Part shown: positions 1 to 17,340 of the stretch, one piece after another
Layout: each line of letters starts with the position of its first letter
Position numbering within the stretch: position 1 is the stretch's first letter
DNA from: the human T2T-CHM13v2.0 reference genome, Homo sapiens
Strand: one strand, 5' to 3'
DNA: 64,000 bases
NCBI RefSeq assembly: GCF_009914755.1
Contig: NC_060929.1
Program-made: the position numbers and the translations under genes
Notes under the pieces: model-generated
Seen by the model: only the letters and a program-made list of their open reading frames with translations
Databases searched by the model: none
What the model was told of the DNA's origin: nothing

Positions 1-1716
1 TAAGGGGCTTGGCTGGTCAGACCTTTGTGGAAAAGGCATGTCTTCATGTGGGCCATGATAGATCGGTAAGATTTGAGAAGGGAAGAAGACAGTCCATAAG
101 GGAGTGGAGACAGTTTGAGCAAAGGCACAAAGGAAGAGTATCCTTGGACAGGTTTATTATGCCCTGTATACCTTGGCCACAGAGAATGGTCTGCATGATC
201 CTTAACACATGTCTTTAAGGAAGCCCTTTGGATGGAATGTCTCAACTGTAGTCATGGTCATTTGCTTTAGTGTTGGGAGGGTCCTGAGAGAGGCCCAAAT
301 CCAGTGATTCTTAACTGGTTGCTGTTGTGGTTTTTTTAGTACACAAAATGGACAATGTTGACATGCTGAACACATCAGCCCCCACAGCCAACCCCCCAAC
401 TCTGCTCCATTCCTGCCACTCAAGGGAAGAGATGAACATGCAAGCAATAATATCACACAGAGATCTTGAACCCTCGCCTCACATACAATAAAATGTACCT
501 TGTTTGCAAACCTCAGTGCTTAAGCTATTATTAGCACAAGTTACCCGCAATAACCTTCACAAGGCAGGTTTGGACATCATGGTTGAGAGAGAACCAAGGC
601 TAACCTCCACATTTTACAGACAGAGAAATTTGCCCTTTTAGAGTGAGTGAAAATGTGATTTGGGGGCCTTTGTCTTCATACTGAGCCATGTTCGAGTTGT
701 GGTTTCACATCGATGGAGCTGAGTTCCACGTGCTCCGATCTGGTGGCCAGACCTGAAGCCCTCCTCTTTGTTTCCGTAGCAGATGCATGGCTTCCCTTGT
801 GAGTTTTAGCAGGTGCATCTGAGAGGCAGCTCCTCTCCCCACATACGCGTCATGTTGGTGTTCCTCATATGACAGCCCCAGGGCCCCAGCAGGAGCAAAT
901 CAGCAAGCCACCTTGGTGGCATGACTTCCCCTCCTGAGAGCATGAGGCCGTTCCCCTGAGCTGCTGGTAGCCTGGTTTGGTGTCACCACAAAGGCCACCT
1001 CAACCTTAACAACACAGGAAGCAGCTGGGCAAAATGGCAAACGAAGGGGCAAGTCCTTTAGCCCCCACCAAGATCTTTTTCTCTGTCTACTCAGTCTACT
1101 CATAAACAACGAGGAGGATAGGCCTTCTCCAGTGGCCCAAGTCGAGGCTGACTTGATTTCTCGGCTCTGACTGCAGGTCCCCTGTGTGGAGAGAAGCTGT
1201 AGGTGATAGGGCCTCTGGTCCCGGAAGACAGGAGCAGGGGACTGAAACAACAAAGACCACCTTGCCAGTCAGTGCTGGGTACCGGCCAGGTGTCTGAACT
1301 GCTAACAAGGAGACTTTGGGTGGTTGTCTTCTAAAGCAAATTATTAAATTTTGATCAAAACGATATATACAAATGTTTTAAAAAATCAAATAGTATTGAA
1401 AGCCTTATAATGAAAAACAACCATCCAGCACCCACCCTCCCCTAGAGGCTGCCACTTTTAACTCACTGTTTCTTCTAGTAGCTGCCTCCAGATCTCTAAA
1501 TGATATGCTTACACTGCTGTTTCTCGATTTATCTATTCTGCACGTTGTCTATTTACTTCCTGCTGTGATGGATGGAGATTTCACTTTCTTACACCATCTC
1601 CCTCCCTCCCCTGCCCCCGTCTCTCAAGATAGGAAGAGCTCTATTTTAACCTAAATCAGGTTTAAAGTGTCTACATTATTAATATATATAAATGATGATC
1701 ACAGACAGCCAAGTAA

Positions 1717-2127
<411 letters not shown>

Positions 2128-2761
2128 TGAGTTATTCTATTGCAGTCCCTTGTCTTCTCAGGAAGTGCAGTGTTAACCCTAGCTCCACCCCTAACTAGCC
2201 CAGTGACCTTGCACAAGTCCCTTCTCTTTTCTGAGCCTTGGTTTCCTCATCAGTAGAAAGAGAGCTAGGCTCCCTTCTTGTTCTCATTCTAAACCTCAGA
2301 ACCTATCACCCCACCCACCTCACAGGCAGTAATATTATTACTCCTCAGTTAATATTATCTGAGAAGTCTTTACTCCAGGGTAGGGCAGCCCCAGGACCTG
2401 ACAGATGGCAGAGAAACCAAAACAGGCAGGGGCAGGGGGAGGGAACAAACAAGCTAGCTGGGCCTGCCCTGTATGGTCTAGTTCACCCCTGCAGTTTAGG
2501 GGGCTGCTCTGTGGGGTGGTATGGTTGTATCTATTACTCTTTTCCTCCCCTGCTATCCCCATTGGTTTTTGCTCTCCACAGCCTCTGCTTGTAGGGGCAT
2601 CATTTACAGTCCCCAAACTCCCCAAGCTCCTACTCCACCCCCAGCTCTCTTTGTACCCCTTCTGCTTATGTTACACTCAAAGTTTCCCAAAAAGTAGTTA
2701 TAAAAATACTAACTTTTGGTAGCAGCTTTATTGAAATATAGTTTGCATACTGTACAATTCA

Positions 2762-3079
<318 letters not shown>

Positions 3080-3849
3080 CCGTTCAGTGGTTTTTAATAT
3101 ATTCACAGAGTTGTACAACCCATAATCGTAGTCAGTTTTAGAGCATTTTAGCACCCCAAAAAGAAATCTCATGGCTTTTAGCACCACCACCTATTTCCCC
3201 CAACCCCACCCCTTGGCAACCATAGATTTGCCTATTCTGGGCATGTTTAATAAATGGAACAATACAATACGGGGTCTTTAATGATTAGCTTCTTTCACTT
3301 AGCATAATATTGTCAAAGTTTATTCATGTTGTATCAATATCAGTACTTAATTACTTTTTATGGCTGAAAAATACTCCATGTGGCTATACAATTTTTTATT
3401 TATCAGTTGATGCATATGTTAGTTCTGCTTTTTAGCTATTACAAATAATGGTGCCATGAACATCCATGTACAAGTTTTTGTGTGGACCTGTATTTTCATT
3501 TCTCTTGGGTGTATGCCTAGGAGTAGAATTGCTGGGTCAAATGGTAACTGTGTGTTTAAAAATTTGAGGAAATACCAATCGATTTTCCAAAGTTGCGGCA
3601 CCATCTTACATTCCCATTAGCAACGGTATTCTCAGTTTCTCCACATCCTTGCCAACACTTGTTATTGTCTGTCCTTTTCATTATAGCCATCCTAGTGGGT
3701 GTGAAGTGGTATCGATTTGCATTTCCCTAATAACTAAGGTTATTAATCTTTCTGTGTGCTTATTGGCTATGTGTATATCTTTGGAGAAAAATCTGTTCCT
3801 TGCCTATTTTTAAAATCAGGTTCTCTTTATTAATGAGTTTTAAGAATTC

Positions 3850-4003
3850 ATTTTTTAAATTTATTTTTATTTAAAAAAATTTTTTTGTAGAAACAGGGTA
3901 TCACTCTGTTGCCCAGGCTGGTCTTGAACTCCTGGCTTAAGCGATTCTCCCATCAACCTCCCAAAGTACTAGGATTACAGGCATGAGCCACTGTGCCCAG
4001 CCA
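3850..4003 (-). mobile_element. Alu monomer (FLAM/AluJ fragment) nested in L1
   Basis: gttgcccaggctggtcttgaactcctgg...gagccactgtgcccagcc; aagaatt on both flanks. Confidence 0.85.
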
Positions 4004-5885
4004 AGAATTATTTACATATTTTATATACTTAGCAAATACATGATTTGCAAATATTTTCTTCTATTCTGTGGACTTACTTTCTTGATGGCGTCCTTTGAAG
4101 CACAATTTTTTTTATTTTGATGTTTAGTTTATTTTTTATTTTGTTGCTTGTGTTTTTGTTGTTATTACATAATTCAAGGTCACAAAGATGTACTCTTATG
4201 AGTTTTATAGTTTTAGCTCTTACATAGATCTTTGATCCATTTTGAGTTAATTTATTATATATTACATTATTTATACCTCACACCATAAAACAAATTTTGC
4301 ATGTGGGTATCCAGTTGTCCTAGAATCATTTGTTGAAAAGAATATTCTTTCTACATCTCTTGTCAATTGACCATAAATGTGAGGATTTATTTCTGGATTC
4401 TCAGTTCAATTCCATTAATTTAATCATTGTTCATTGTCTTCATGGTAACACCACACAATTTTGATTACTGTAGTTTTGAGTATGTTTTGAAATCAGGAAG
4501 TGTGAGTCTTCCATTTTTGTTCAGTTCCTCCCACCCCCAAGATTGTCTTGATTATCCTGAGTGAGTCCCTTGAATTTCCATATGAATTTTAGGATCAGCT
4601 TGTCAATTTCTGCAAAGAAACCAGATGAGATTTTCATAGAGATTATGTTGAATCTGTAGGTTAGTTTGGGCAGTATTGCCGTGTTAACAATATTAAGCCT
4701 TCCAACCTATGGACATGGGATATCTTTTTATTTATTTAGGTCTTTAATATTTTCAACAAGGTTTTATTGCTTTCAGAGTGTATGTTTTGTACTTATTTTG
4801 TTAAGTTTATTTCTAAGTATTGTATTATTTTTGATGCTACTATAAATAGAACTGTTTTCTCCATTTTATTTTCATATTGTGCATTGCTGGTATATAGAGA
4901 TACTACTGATTTTTATATGCTGATATTGTATCCTACAAACTTGCTGAACTTGTTTATGACTTTCAATAGTTTTTAGTGGATTTTTCTTGGATTTTCTATA
5001 ACAAGACTATGTTATCTGCAAATAGGAATAGTTTTACTTTTTCCTTTCTAATCTAGATGTCTTTTATTTAATTTTCTTGCATAATTACCTTGGCTAGAAC
5101 TGCCAGTACAATGTTGAATAGAAATGCTAAGAGCAGACTTATTTGTCTTGTTCTTGATCTTGGTGAGAAAGCATTAAGTCTGATATTAGCTAAGAGTTTT
5201 TTGTGGCCACTTATTGTCAAGTTGAGGATATTCTCTAATCCTAGTTTTTTGAGTGTTTTTATCATGAAGGCGTTGAGATTTTGTCAAATGCTTTTTCTGT
5301 GTGTATTGAGATGATATGGTTTCTGACCTTTATTGCTATAGCTTATTACGTTAATTGATATTCTGATGTTAATGTTAATCCAATCTTAACATTCCTGGGA
5401 TAAATCTCACTTGTTCATGATGCATAATCTTTTTTATATGTTTCTGGATTCAGTTTTGCTGAGGCACTAACTTTTATCGAGCACTTTCTACCAGCCAAGC
5501 CATTTACATGGACTAACTCATTGAGTTTTCAAAGCCTAAGAGATAGGAACTATCATTATCCCTTATACCAAAATGAAGAGAGTGAGGCTCAGAAAGGTTA
5601 TGTCACCTACTCAAGGTCACACAACTAGGTATTGGCAGAGGTAAGATTCTAACTCAAGCTATCCAGTTCACCTCCACACTAAAATGCCTCTCATATGGAT
5701 ATCAGTGGTGGACATGGGATGATTTTCAGATAATACCCAGACCTGTGTTTATGTTCATTACTATGTTTTTTATGGCTCCTCTGTTTATGGCATATAATAT
5801 TAGTTTTCTCTCTGTGATTGTGATATAAAGCTTCCTTCTAAAATGAAAAGTGGCAAAAAAGAGAATCCCTAGAAAAAAATATTAA

Positions 5886-6324
<439 letters not shown>

Positions 6325-6757
6325 TATTAATAGTGAAGGAGAAGGAATGGAAAAACTAGAAGTAAGGACATGGCCAACTTCAGGTCGTCTCCTCTCTCCT
6401 ATGTTGTCAGGAGATTGAGGTGTGTTCATGAATTCTTTCATTCAGTACTTCCCCAGTGCCTAATCTGTTTGCAGCACTCTGCTAAGGTCTCTGCATTTTC
6501 AGTGATAGGTAAGAAAATGGTCCCTGACCTTGAGGAGCTTTCACATGCATGGTTCTACTCCAGAGAGGGCATGTTATGTTTTATTTCATGGGCAAACTCA
6601 GATTGATTGCTGGTGGCTTCCTGGAGCTCAGTATTTCATGAGGATTCTGAAGCTGTCTGTGGACTTAGTGGAAAATAGAGTCATTACCAATTAGCAATGT
6701 CTGTCCTGGCATGGGAGGAAGAAGTAGCAGTATTTGGGTTTTATTCTGGGGCCAAGA

Positions 6758-7028
6758 AAACATCATAGAGTGCATTTACACAAACCTGGATGGCATAGCC
6801 TACTACACACCTAGGCTATATGGTATATAGCCTATTGCTCCTGGGCTGCAAACCTGTACGGCATGTTCTTGTACTGAATACTGTAGGCAATTGCAACACA
6901 GTGGGAAGTATTTGTGTATCTAAACATAGAAAAGGTACAGTAAAAATATGATATTATAATCTTATGGGAACACCATCATATATATGATCCACTGTTGACT
7001 GAAGCATCATTATGAGGCAAATGACTGT
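6758..7028. mobile_element. TcMar-Tigger DNA transposon fossil (Tigger3/MER7-like), one end
   Basis: cacaaacctggatggcatagcctactacacacctaggcta...attataatcttatggga...atgactg resembles the Tigger3 end. Confidence 0.75.
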
Positions 7029-7687
7029 AAATTTTTTTAATAGGAACAACCTAAATCTCCCTTTTATTTATTTTTATATTTATATATCTATATAATATTT
7101 TCTTTGTAGTAATATATGTATACATATGTGTATATATATGTATATGTGTGTGCAGTATGTTTGTGTGTGTGTACGTATACTTATATAGCCTCTGGCTGGA
7201 GCGCCATACGGACATGGAAAATATTTCCTGGCCTCTTGATGTTCATGAAACACAAAGGTGACAATTACCTAATCTTTCTAGCTTGCCAGAGTTGTGTTCT
7301 TCTTGAGGAAGGAAAAAGCAGCCAAACTGGGAAAAAAATATGTTTGGCACCTTTCAAAAAGGTACAAAACCAGGTGTGGTCTAGAAGAAAAGGCATAGAA
7401 TTGGGAGTCAAGGTATCCTGTTTCTACCCTACCTCTGCCACTAGCTGACCATGTGACCTTGAATAAAAGTGTTTACTTCTCCATAACACAGTGTCCTCAG
7501 AAACACAGCAAAAATTATACCTGCTGAATTGAATTTGCAGGATAGTTGTGATTGAGAAAATCAATGTGAAAGATCTATAGAACTGAGATATTAGTGTAAT
7601 AATAATAAACCTTCCTTTTTTTGGTAGGAGAATTGTTGGAGTATTTAATTCATCCTCTCTATTGAAAACAGGCCACAGACTAGCGAA

Positions 7688-8051
7688 TGTTAAACGAAAG
7701 TATGGGAGGCCATTGTTTAAGACTAAGCTCCTGTACTAGGCCCCTAAAAACCAGACCAAATCAAAATGGAGTCACTCATGCTAAATGCCACTCTCTACCT
7801 GAGTCAGCATAATAAGCAAATCCTCTCTGCCTTAATCCTTACAAAAAAGTAACCTGAAGTAACTTGATGTTAACTAATCATTTATTTTTCTATTGTTGTG
7901 TTTTCTTATTCCCACCTTACAAAACCCACAGTTTTGCTATTGCCCAGTGGGAGCTTTCATTCTATTGTATAGAAAGGAGGTGCTTCAATTCATAAATCAC
8001 AAATTAAGGACAATTAATTCTATAAATTTATTGTAATTTTGTCTTTTGACA
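7688..8051 (+). mobile_element. ERV1-class solo LTR (MER34/MER39-like)
   Basis: TG...CA termini; tatgggaggccattgttt...ccagaccaaatcaaaatggagtcactcatgctaa. Confidence 0.65.
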
Positions 8052-9052
8052 TGTCTTTGCTGGCTACTGTGTTAAGTATTCTACATGCTGTAGTTATATA
8101 ATCAAAATAAACATTGAGGACAGGCACTATTGTAAATTGTCACCCTTACAAGGTAAGGAAACTGAGGCTCGGAGAGGTTAAGGAACATGCTATTGTTTAT
8201 ATAGCTCATAAGTGGCAGATGACAGATTGAAACCCAGAACTCAAGCTTACCCACTACACTAGCCTAATATTTCACTTCAGTAAAAAGTCTTAATATTTCA
8301 TTTCTTTCCAGAAAAATCAAACAGATAATGACAATGCAAGTATTTTGCTTACAGAGAAACAGGGTTTAAGCTGTAAATGTCAGAACCTGCATTTCCAAAG
8401 CCATGTTCTCCTGGCAGTCGCCCTGCATTTATGGGACCCACCCCCCTCTTGCTTGGGGTCTGTCAGTCATGTCTGCCTGGGGGGGCACCTAAAGCCCCCC
8501 CTTCTCAGAAGCAAATTGCTTGTGTGCCCAATGTTATTATTACTTTTGGTGAAACCAGGCCACCGACTGAGTTTGTTATGAAGACACTGCATTTAAACCC
8601 ATCATGAATGCCCGCCACTGAGAATTTGCAGCTGTGTTTGGTAAATGATGCTCCCAGAACACTGTTAACTTTTAAATATTTTATTAATTTCTTTTTCAAA
8701 ATGATGAAATGGTCACATGTTCGTAGACCGAATATAAAGAATCATTCTCACTTGGAAGATTGCGTAACAGGCAGGACACTTGGGCAGGAAAGAAGTACGT
8801 TCTTATTTTCATTTATACCTCTGTTCAAATTTCCAGAATATTTTTCCTTTCTGATTGATGTGGATTTGGCAGTGCCTACCAGCACTTGAGCTAAAAATGT
8901 CGGATTTCCTTCTCCCTTAGGCACTGAATGATCTACCAATGCTCATAGAAATCCACTACAGAAGTTGTATTTGCCAGGGGAGAAGAAAGATAGCATTAAC
9001 ATAGACAGACTCCTAATTTATTTGCTTTGTAGGTTGTTCACTTACTTATTGA

Positions 9053-9453
<401 letters not shown>

Positions 9454-11006
9454 GTAAATGAGTATTTTTTAAGTTTGAGTAGCCCAGAAGAAACCTAGTT
9501 ACAGGAGAAAAAAAGGGAAGTTGGATAAGAGCTGGGAGCTTATAAACTGATCTAGGGGATTTTATGAAAAATTTGAAACATATATAAAATTGGATGGAAA
9601 AATACAGTAATTTCTATGTATGTGTCACACACAATCTATAGTTACTAACTCACTGCGAATTTGTTTCATTTCTATTCACTCTTCCCCCATCTAGTATTAT
9701 TTAGAAGCAAAACCCTGTGTCCTTTTATCTATATTTTAGTAGATCTTTCTGGAAGATATAGGTTCTTTTAAAACATAACCTTGATATTATCAAACCTAAA
9801 TACAATATTTCCTTCATATTATCAAATATCCAGTCAGTACTAATTTTCTAATTTTCTCATAAAGTTATAATTTTATTTGTATGGTGGTTTGTTTGAAATA
9901 GGATCCAAATAAGGTCCACACATGATAGTGTGTTCAGTCTCTTCAAAATCTATAGACTTTCCTCCCATCTCTCTTTTCTATCTTTGCAATTTATTTGTTA
10001 GAGGTCCTGAGTCATTTGTCCAGCAGAATTTGTCATAGATTGCATTTTGCTGATTACATCACTGGGGTGTAGCATGTTTTTCTGCCCTCTTATATTTCCT
10101 GTGAGTTGGCGTCAAAGGCTTAATTAGATTCAGGTGTTTTGTTTTGGATCCAGCATTCTTGGTGCGTTTTTCCATCATTAAGCACATAATATCTGATTGT
10201 CTTTCATTTAGGGATGTTAACAGCTGATGATGATCCGTGCCTAGATCCATTTGTTTGTAGAGGTTGGAAAACAAGGATATTATCATTTTTCTGTTAAAAA
10301 GGCAAAAAATACTTTTATGGAAAGAAACATCCATCTCTTCTATAGTTCGGTTATCTAGTGGTATAGTTTAAGAAAGACAGGTTAAATGTTTGCTTTTATT
10401 TACCAATTCTCAACATAAAGGTTGGTTCACAGGCTCATCTAACAGTAACAAAGTAATAAAAACCAAGCTTTTATTAGATGTCTTTGTGATCCATCAGGGC
10501 TCTTCCAGCACATCACTCGATTTTAAAATCACTTGGAATAATAGTCCCTTTCTGTGGAGTTACTCCAATAGTACAACATATATATACATTCATTTGTTTC
10601 ATTTTACTTTTCGATTTGGGGGCCACTTTTTATAAATTTAAATTTTATTTTATAAGTATGTAAAATGTTTTGACGTTTTCAAAGTCAAATCTACAAAATA
10701 AGGCATATTCAAAGGATTCTAGCCCCTATCTCTTAACTGTTTTCCCTTCTTTTCCTGTTTTCCATAGGTAACTAATTTTTAAAAGCATATGGCTTGCCTT
10801 TCCATTGTTTGTTTTTTAAGTAGAAGATGTGTGTGTAGACATCTGCAGCCCCCTCTCCTGGGTAAATGAGTGCATGCTCTCCATACCATGTCCTGGAGAT
10901 CACCCGTAGTTGCATGTAGAGAGGGTCCTCACTCCATTTTCCTGCTGCTTCATATTTCCCTGTACAGTGGCACCATAGTTTATCCAGACAGTCCTCTGTT
11001 AATGGA

Positions 11007-11436
11007 TGTATTAGGCCATTCTTGCACTGCTATAAAGAAATATCTGAGACTGGGTAATTTATAAAGAAAAGAGGTTTAATTGACCTCAAGGTTCCACAGG
11101 CTGTACAGGAAGCATGGTGCCAGCATCTGCTCAGCTTCTGGGGAGGCCACAGAAAGCTTTCAATCATGGCAGAAGGCAGAGGGGTAACAGTTATACCATA
11201 TGGTGGAAGCAGGAGCAAGAGAGTGGGCAGTGTGGGGGAGGGAGGTGCCACACACTTTTAAAATGACCAGATCTCCTGTGAACTCAGAACTCACTCATCA
11301 CCAAGGGGATGGCCCAAGCCATTCATGAGGGACCTGCCCACATGATCCAAACACCTCCCACCAGGCCCCACCTCCAACACTGGGGATTAGAATTCAACAT
11401 GAGATTTGGGTGAGGGCAAGTATCCTAACTATGTCA
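11007..11436 (-). mobile_element. MaLR solo LTR (MSTA/MSTB-like) inserted into an older L1 fragment
   Basis: tgtattaggccattcttgcactgctataaagaaa...aactatgtca; exact 5-bp TSD ATGGA at 11002-11006 and 11437-11441. Confidence 0.9.
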
Positions 11437-14234
11437 ATGGATGTTTGCTGTTTTCAGTTTTTGCTATCACAAGTAGTCCTGCTGTGAATGGCCTTGTGCA
11501 TATATCTTTGTGTATTTTTGTCAATGCATCTTTGGGACAGATTCCTAGAAGTGGGATTGCTGGTCAAATGGTAAAATGCTTATGGAAGTTTGTTAGATAT
11601 TGCCAGATTTCCTCCTACGGGAGTTGTGTCATTTTGCCATCCCTACTAACAATGTTTGGTAGATCCTGTTTCTCCATAGTCTTGCCAACAGCATGTGTAG
11701 TCAAACTTTTGGATTTGAGTCGATCTAATCAGTGAGAAATGGTGTATCTCCTTGTAAGTTTCATCTGGATTTTCCTTATTGAAAATGAGATAGGACACCT
11801 TTCAAATGCAGTCTTCCTGGTCCCCTGGTTGGAACCCAGGCATTGTGTTATTAAGAAGCTGTGCACATGATTTTTTGGCACAAGCAGGGCCAAGAACCAT
11901 TAACACAGAGTGTTTGAAAACACCTAGCGTAGAGGTTGGTATGAAATAAACCTCCACTTATCGAGTGTAATCTCAAAATGTGAGCATGAGCCCTTGGAAG
12001 GAAGTATGTAGTAAGGAAGCTGACTTCAGACTATGGAGCTGGACAAACCTGGGTCAGACCTCCCTCCACCACTTGCCAGCACTTGATCCTATGAAATTAA
12101 ATGCCGAGGTTCTGTTTGTTCATCTATAGACTGGGAATAATCATAGTACCTACCTTTATAGGGTGGATGCAAGATTGAAATAGTCAAGTACTTCGCATAG
12201 TGTCTGACACAGAGTAAGGGCTAAAGAAATGTTTCACTATTATTATAATTGGAATTAATGAAGAGAATTACTAGGGCTTTGGAGGTTGAAGATCATTATG
12301 CCCAGTAAAATCATTACTCCCTCCTGTAAAATGGACCTAGTAGTAGTGTAAGAAGGAAGACAGTCTTTTTTTTTTCTTTTCTTTCAATGGATCAGTGAAG
12401 TGGTTTTGCTGTAGAACTGAATGCCACACTTAGAATTGTGGGGGAGAGAAGAGGAAGAAGCTTAGGTGTGGAGAGGACCTGAAACCACCATAGGAGACCA
12501 GCCTTCTGCAGAGGGCAGATGAGGAAGTTACCTCTGGGCTCAGTGAGCCCTCACTGGATGCAGCATTTGCTGTTGTCATGGTACGTGATGGGAAGGTGTG
12601 TTTGAGAACTCAGTGAAATGTGAATCTAGTTAGCTGCACAGCAGCCAGTGAAGGCTCAGCCCCAGTCTGCCCTCCCAGCCTTGGGCCTAAGGCAGGTATT
12701 AGTCTCGGGGCAGCAGGACCTTAGGTATATTCTGCAGTTGTTTTAGTCCTTGGCAGCCCGTGGACCAAATTCTTGTGTTGATGGTCCTTTTCCCCCCTAA
12801 TGTTAGACACTGTATTTCCTAACAAGCAAAGCAAACTCACTGACATTCACAGCAGAAATCCCAGCCCCAGGATCTCACAACTCCCTGGGATCGAAGGTGG
12901 TTAGGAAGGGATTCTCAGACAAGCACAGTGGCCCTTCTCTTTGTGTCCCTCTTAATCGTGTGTTTAGGGTTGGCTTTATTATTATTAATAATATTTTTCT
13001 GAAACTCAGCTTTTAGTGTTTTTGTTCACCTCTACTGTTAACGTTTTATTTTGCTTTGCTTTTTGCTTTATGTCTGCCTTTGTAACTCTCAATCCCTCTG
13101 TTCTCATTTCTCTGGGCTGATTTTTGTTCTCTTAAGGTTTTTGAGTGTAACATTAACTTCATTTAGTTCCACTTTTCTTTCAGCTAAATGTGTTGAAGAC
13201 ATGTATTAGTGCTTTCCATCTTTCATTTCTAAAGATCTTATCATTTCTATTTGAATTCCTCTTTAGTTATGAATGACCTTGAAGTATGTTTTATAAATTT
13301 TCAAAGGTATGGGATTTTATTGCTACAATTTGCATTATTGATTTCTAATTTCCTTGAATTATATTTAATAATAAGTGAATGTGACTTGTAGGCCATCATT
13401 TTTGAAGAAACTTGGGGGAACCTGATTTATAGCCTAAATCATGATTAGTTTTTAAGCAGTGTTTCACATATGTTTGGGGGGAAAAATGAGTATTCTGTTT
13501 GCTGGGTGCTGAGTTCTTAAAATAGGAATTAGCTCTAGTTGGGTAACTGTGCTGTTCAGATTCTCTTCAGCTTCTAATCCTGCCAAACATACTATCAAAG
13601 CAGCTGCGCTGTGCCAGGGTCTAAGACACAGAAATATCCATTTAGGGCTGATTTGTTTGATGTGGCTCACAAAACATACCCAGGTCAAGGAAGACAGTGG
13701 CTCCTCCATCTTTGCAAAGAAGGTTGATTTGCAGGAATTGAGTTATTTTAATCCCAGTTTAATTAGCCTAAAAACCCGGGCTCTGGTTTTCAGTTGATTA
13801 TCTTGGCTGTCACGATCCTGGATAATTGTATTGCATGGTAATTTAAGAGTGGAACTCATAAATATCCTTATGAAGAACAAAAGGTGGAGAAACTAACCAT
13901 GACCTATGTTCTCACATCCCACTTGAGGTCCCTCGCTTGTGGTCACGTGACTGTGTGGGCATCACATAATTTCTCTGAGCCTTGATTTTTCATCAGTTAT
14001 ATGGATAGGGTACCACCTTCCATGTTGATCACAGAGGGTGGTGGTGAGGCTCAACCAAGTGCACACAAAATACCTTGTTAGCCATAAAGAGATCCTGAGA
14101 TGTAAAAGATACACATCGAGAGCACCTTGGGAAGAAGTGGTGAGTGGAAGTGGCCTCAATGCATTTTAACTCTCTTTATTCTCCCAAAGGATGCTGGTCA
14201 TGGTGCGGTTAAGAGGAATTTTAGAGGCCCCTGA

Positions 14235-14504
<270 letters not shown>

Positions 14505-15913
14505 TAGAAGGTGAAAGGTTGTGAGCTGATGGAGTCCCTTGTGCGCTGGTAGAGCCGAGTATAAGGAACAGATTAGCTACTAAATGTGCCGCAGGACTGT
14601 TTCCCTCCCTCCCCCAGGGAAGTCTTGTTGATCTGCTTTGACCCCAAATACCTTCCAGGCTATTCTTGCTGCTGTACCAACCAAGGTTTTGGCAGCTCTG
14701 GCCTCATGAATTAAATATTGCAATTTAGAAACCCCAGAGCCTGCCTGGGTAATTACTTTTCCTTCATGCATGTGAGGAGGGCACTACAACACCTCATAGC
14801 AGCTCATGGCTCAGGGAAGCTGGTCACAGTTGTTTGCTTTTGCCTAAGAGAGCAAAGCTTGTGATAAACCACCATCAGATTGTTCCAAACTATGACCTAT
14901 CAGGGCCGGGAGTCGGTATAGCCCCTTGTCTGGGTGTGCCAGGCCAGATGCCATGTTAAGAAAGGATATGCTAATTTGAAAGTCTTAGCTGTGTTTGACC
15001 TTTTGATAGTTCTCAGATTGCTACAGGAGACTAAATATAAATACATAATAAATTCTTAAATTTCATTCAGTAGATGTATGAAGTACATGCTTGAAGGTTC
15101 GGCCCATAAACTTCATTGATTCACATCTTCTAACCCAGATTAAAATTTTAATTATACAAATATCTTTTTTATTATAAGCAATACAGAAAAGTATACAAAA
15201 AAGTATACAAAAACATATAAATTTTTTCTATAACTATGCTGATATATACCTTTTTTACCAAATATACATATATATGTGTGTGTGTATATATATGCATATA
15301 TATATACATATATTTTTTTTTTAACCAATAGAGAACCATACTATATTTATTGCTTTGTGAGTTGGCTTTTTAACTTAAAATTTATTATGGATATTTTTCC
15401 ATGACAATACCACAATACTACCACATTAGGCTTAGCCACCTCATGGTACTTAAAAGTCCATTTATGGATATGCTATTTTATGTATATATATATATATATA
15501 TATATATTTAGCCTTTCACTGTTGATGGATATGTAGGTTGTTTACAGTTTGTTTTAATCACAAAAAACAGCCACAGTAATTATTCTTGTACCTATATATC
15601 CACACCCTTGGGTGAGTATTTCTGGAACTGCCGAATCAAAGCAATGCACATCTTAACTTTTAGCAGCTATTTGGGCTTGTGGAGTTTAAGCATCTGCTTC
15701 TGAAGCTCAGATGAGTGAACCTGATTACTGATGGGAAGCAGACGGCAGACCCTGTCATCACCAGCTCCTGCCCAGTGTGATTGAGAGTGGGACTTTGTGG
15801 GGAAGGGGCAAGATGAAAGGTGACGCAGCAGGAGGTTTCCACAGAGAGCTTGCGTTGTTTGTTGGCAGCAGTTTGCCCTCTGGACACCCAGCCAACTTGG
15901 AACTGTTTTCTAA

Positions 15914-16306
<393 letters not shown>

Positions 16307-16666
16307 TAGCTTTTTGGGTTAACATGTGATTGGATCTTGCCTTGTTTATAGGTTAATGAATGTGTGGAATTTTGTCTCTTGAGCAGAGCAAAAGGTTCCT
16401 TGAAAAAGGGACATTGGCTTTGGTTTTGGAATAACAGTTACTCAAAAAAGCTGATGGCCTAAATCATTTGCAAATAGGGCCAGTTATTATTTTCTCTCTT
16501 AGAGTCTGATTCATCTGTGGAGGGCTCCTCCCCTTCTCTGTTGGGCTTCCATTGATTTTATTCTCATGCAGCACTGCAATTTAAAGAATTCCAAATTCCA
16601 TGTTCATAGACCCTGCCTGTGGTTCCATAAACCCTGCCTGTGGCTCCATAGACCTTTGACACTATA

Positions 16667-17340
<674 letters not shown>

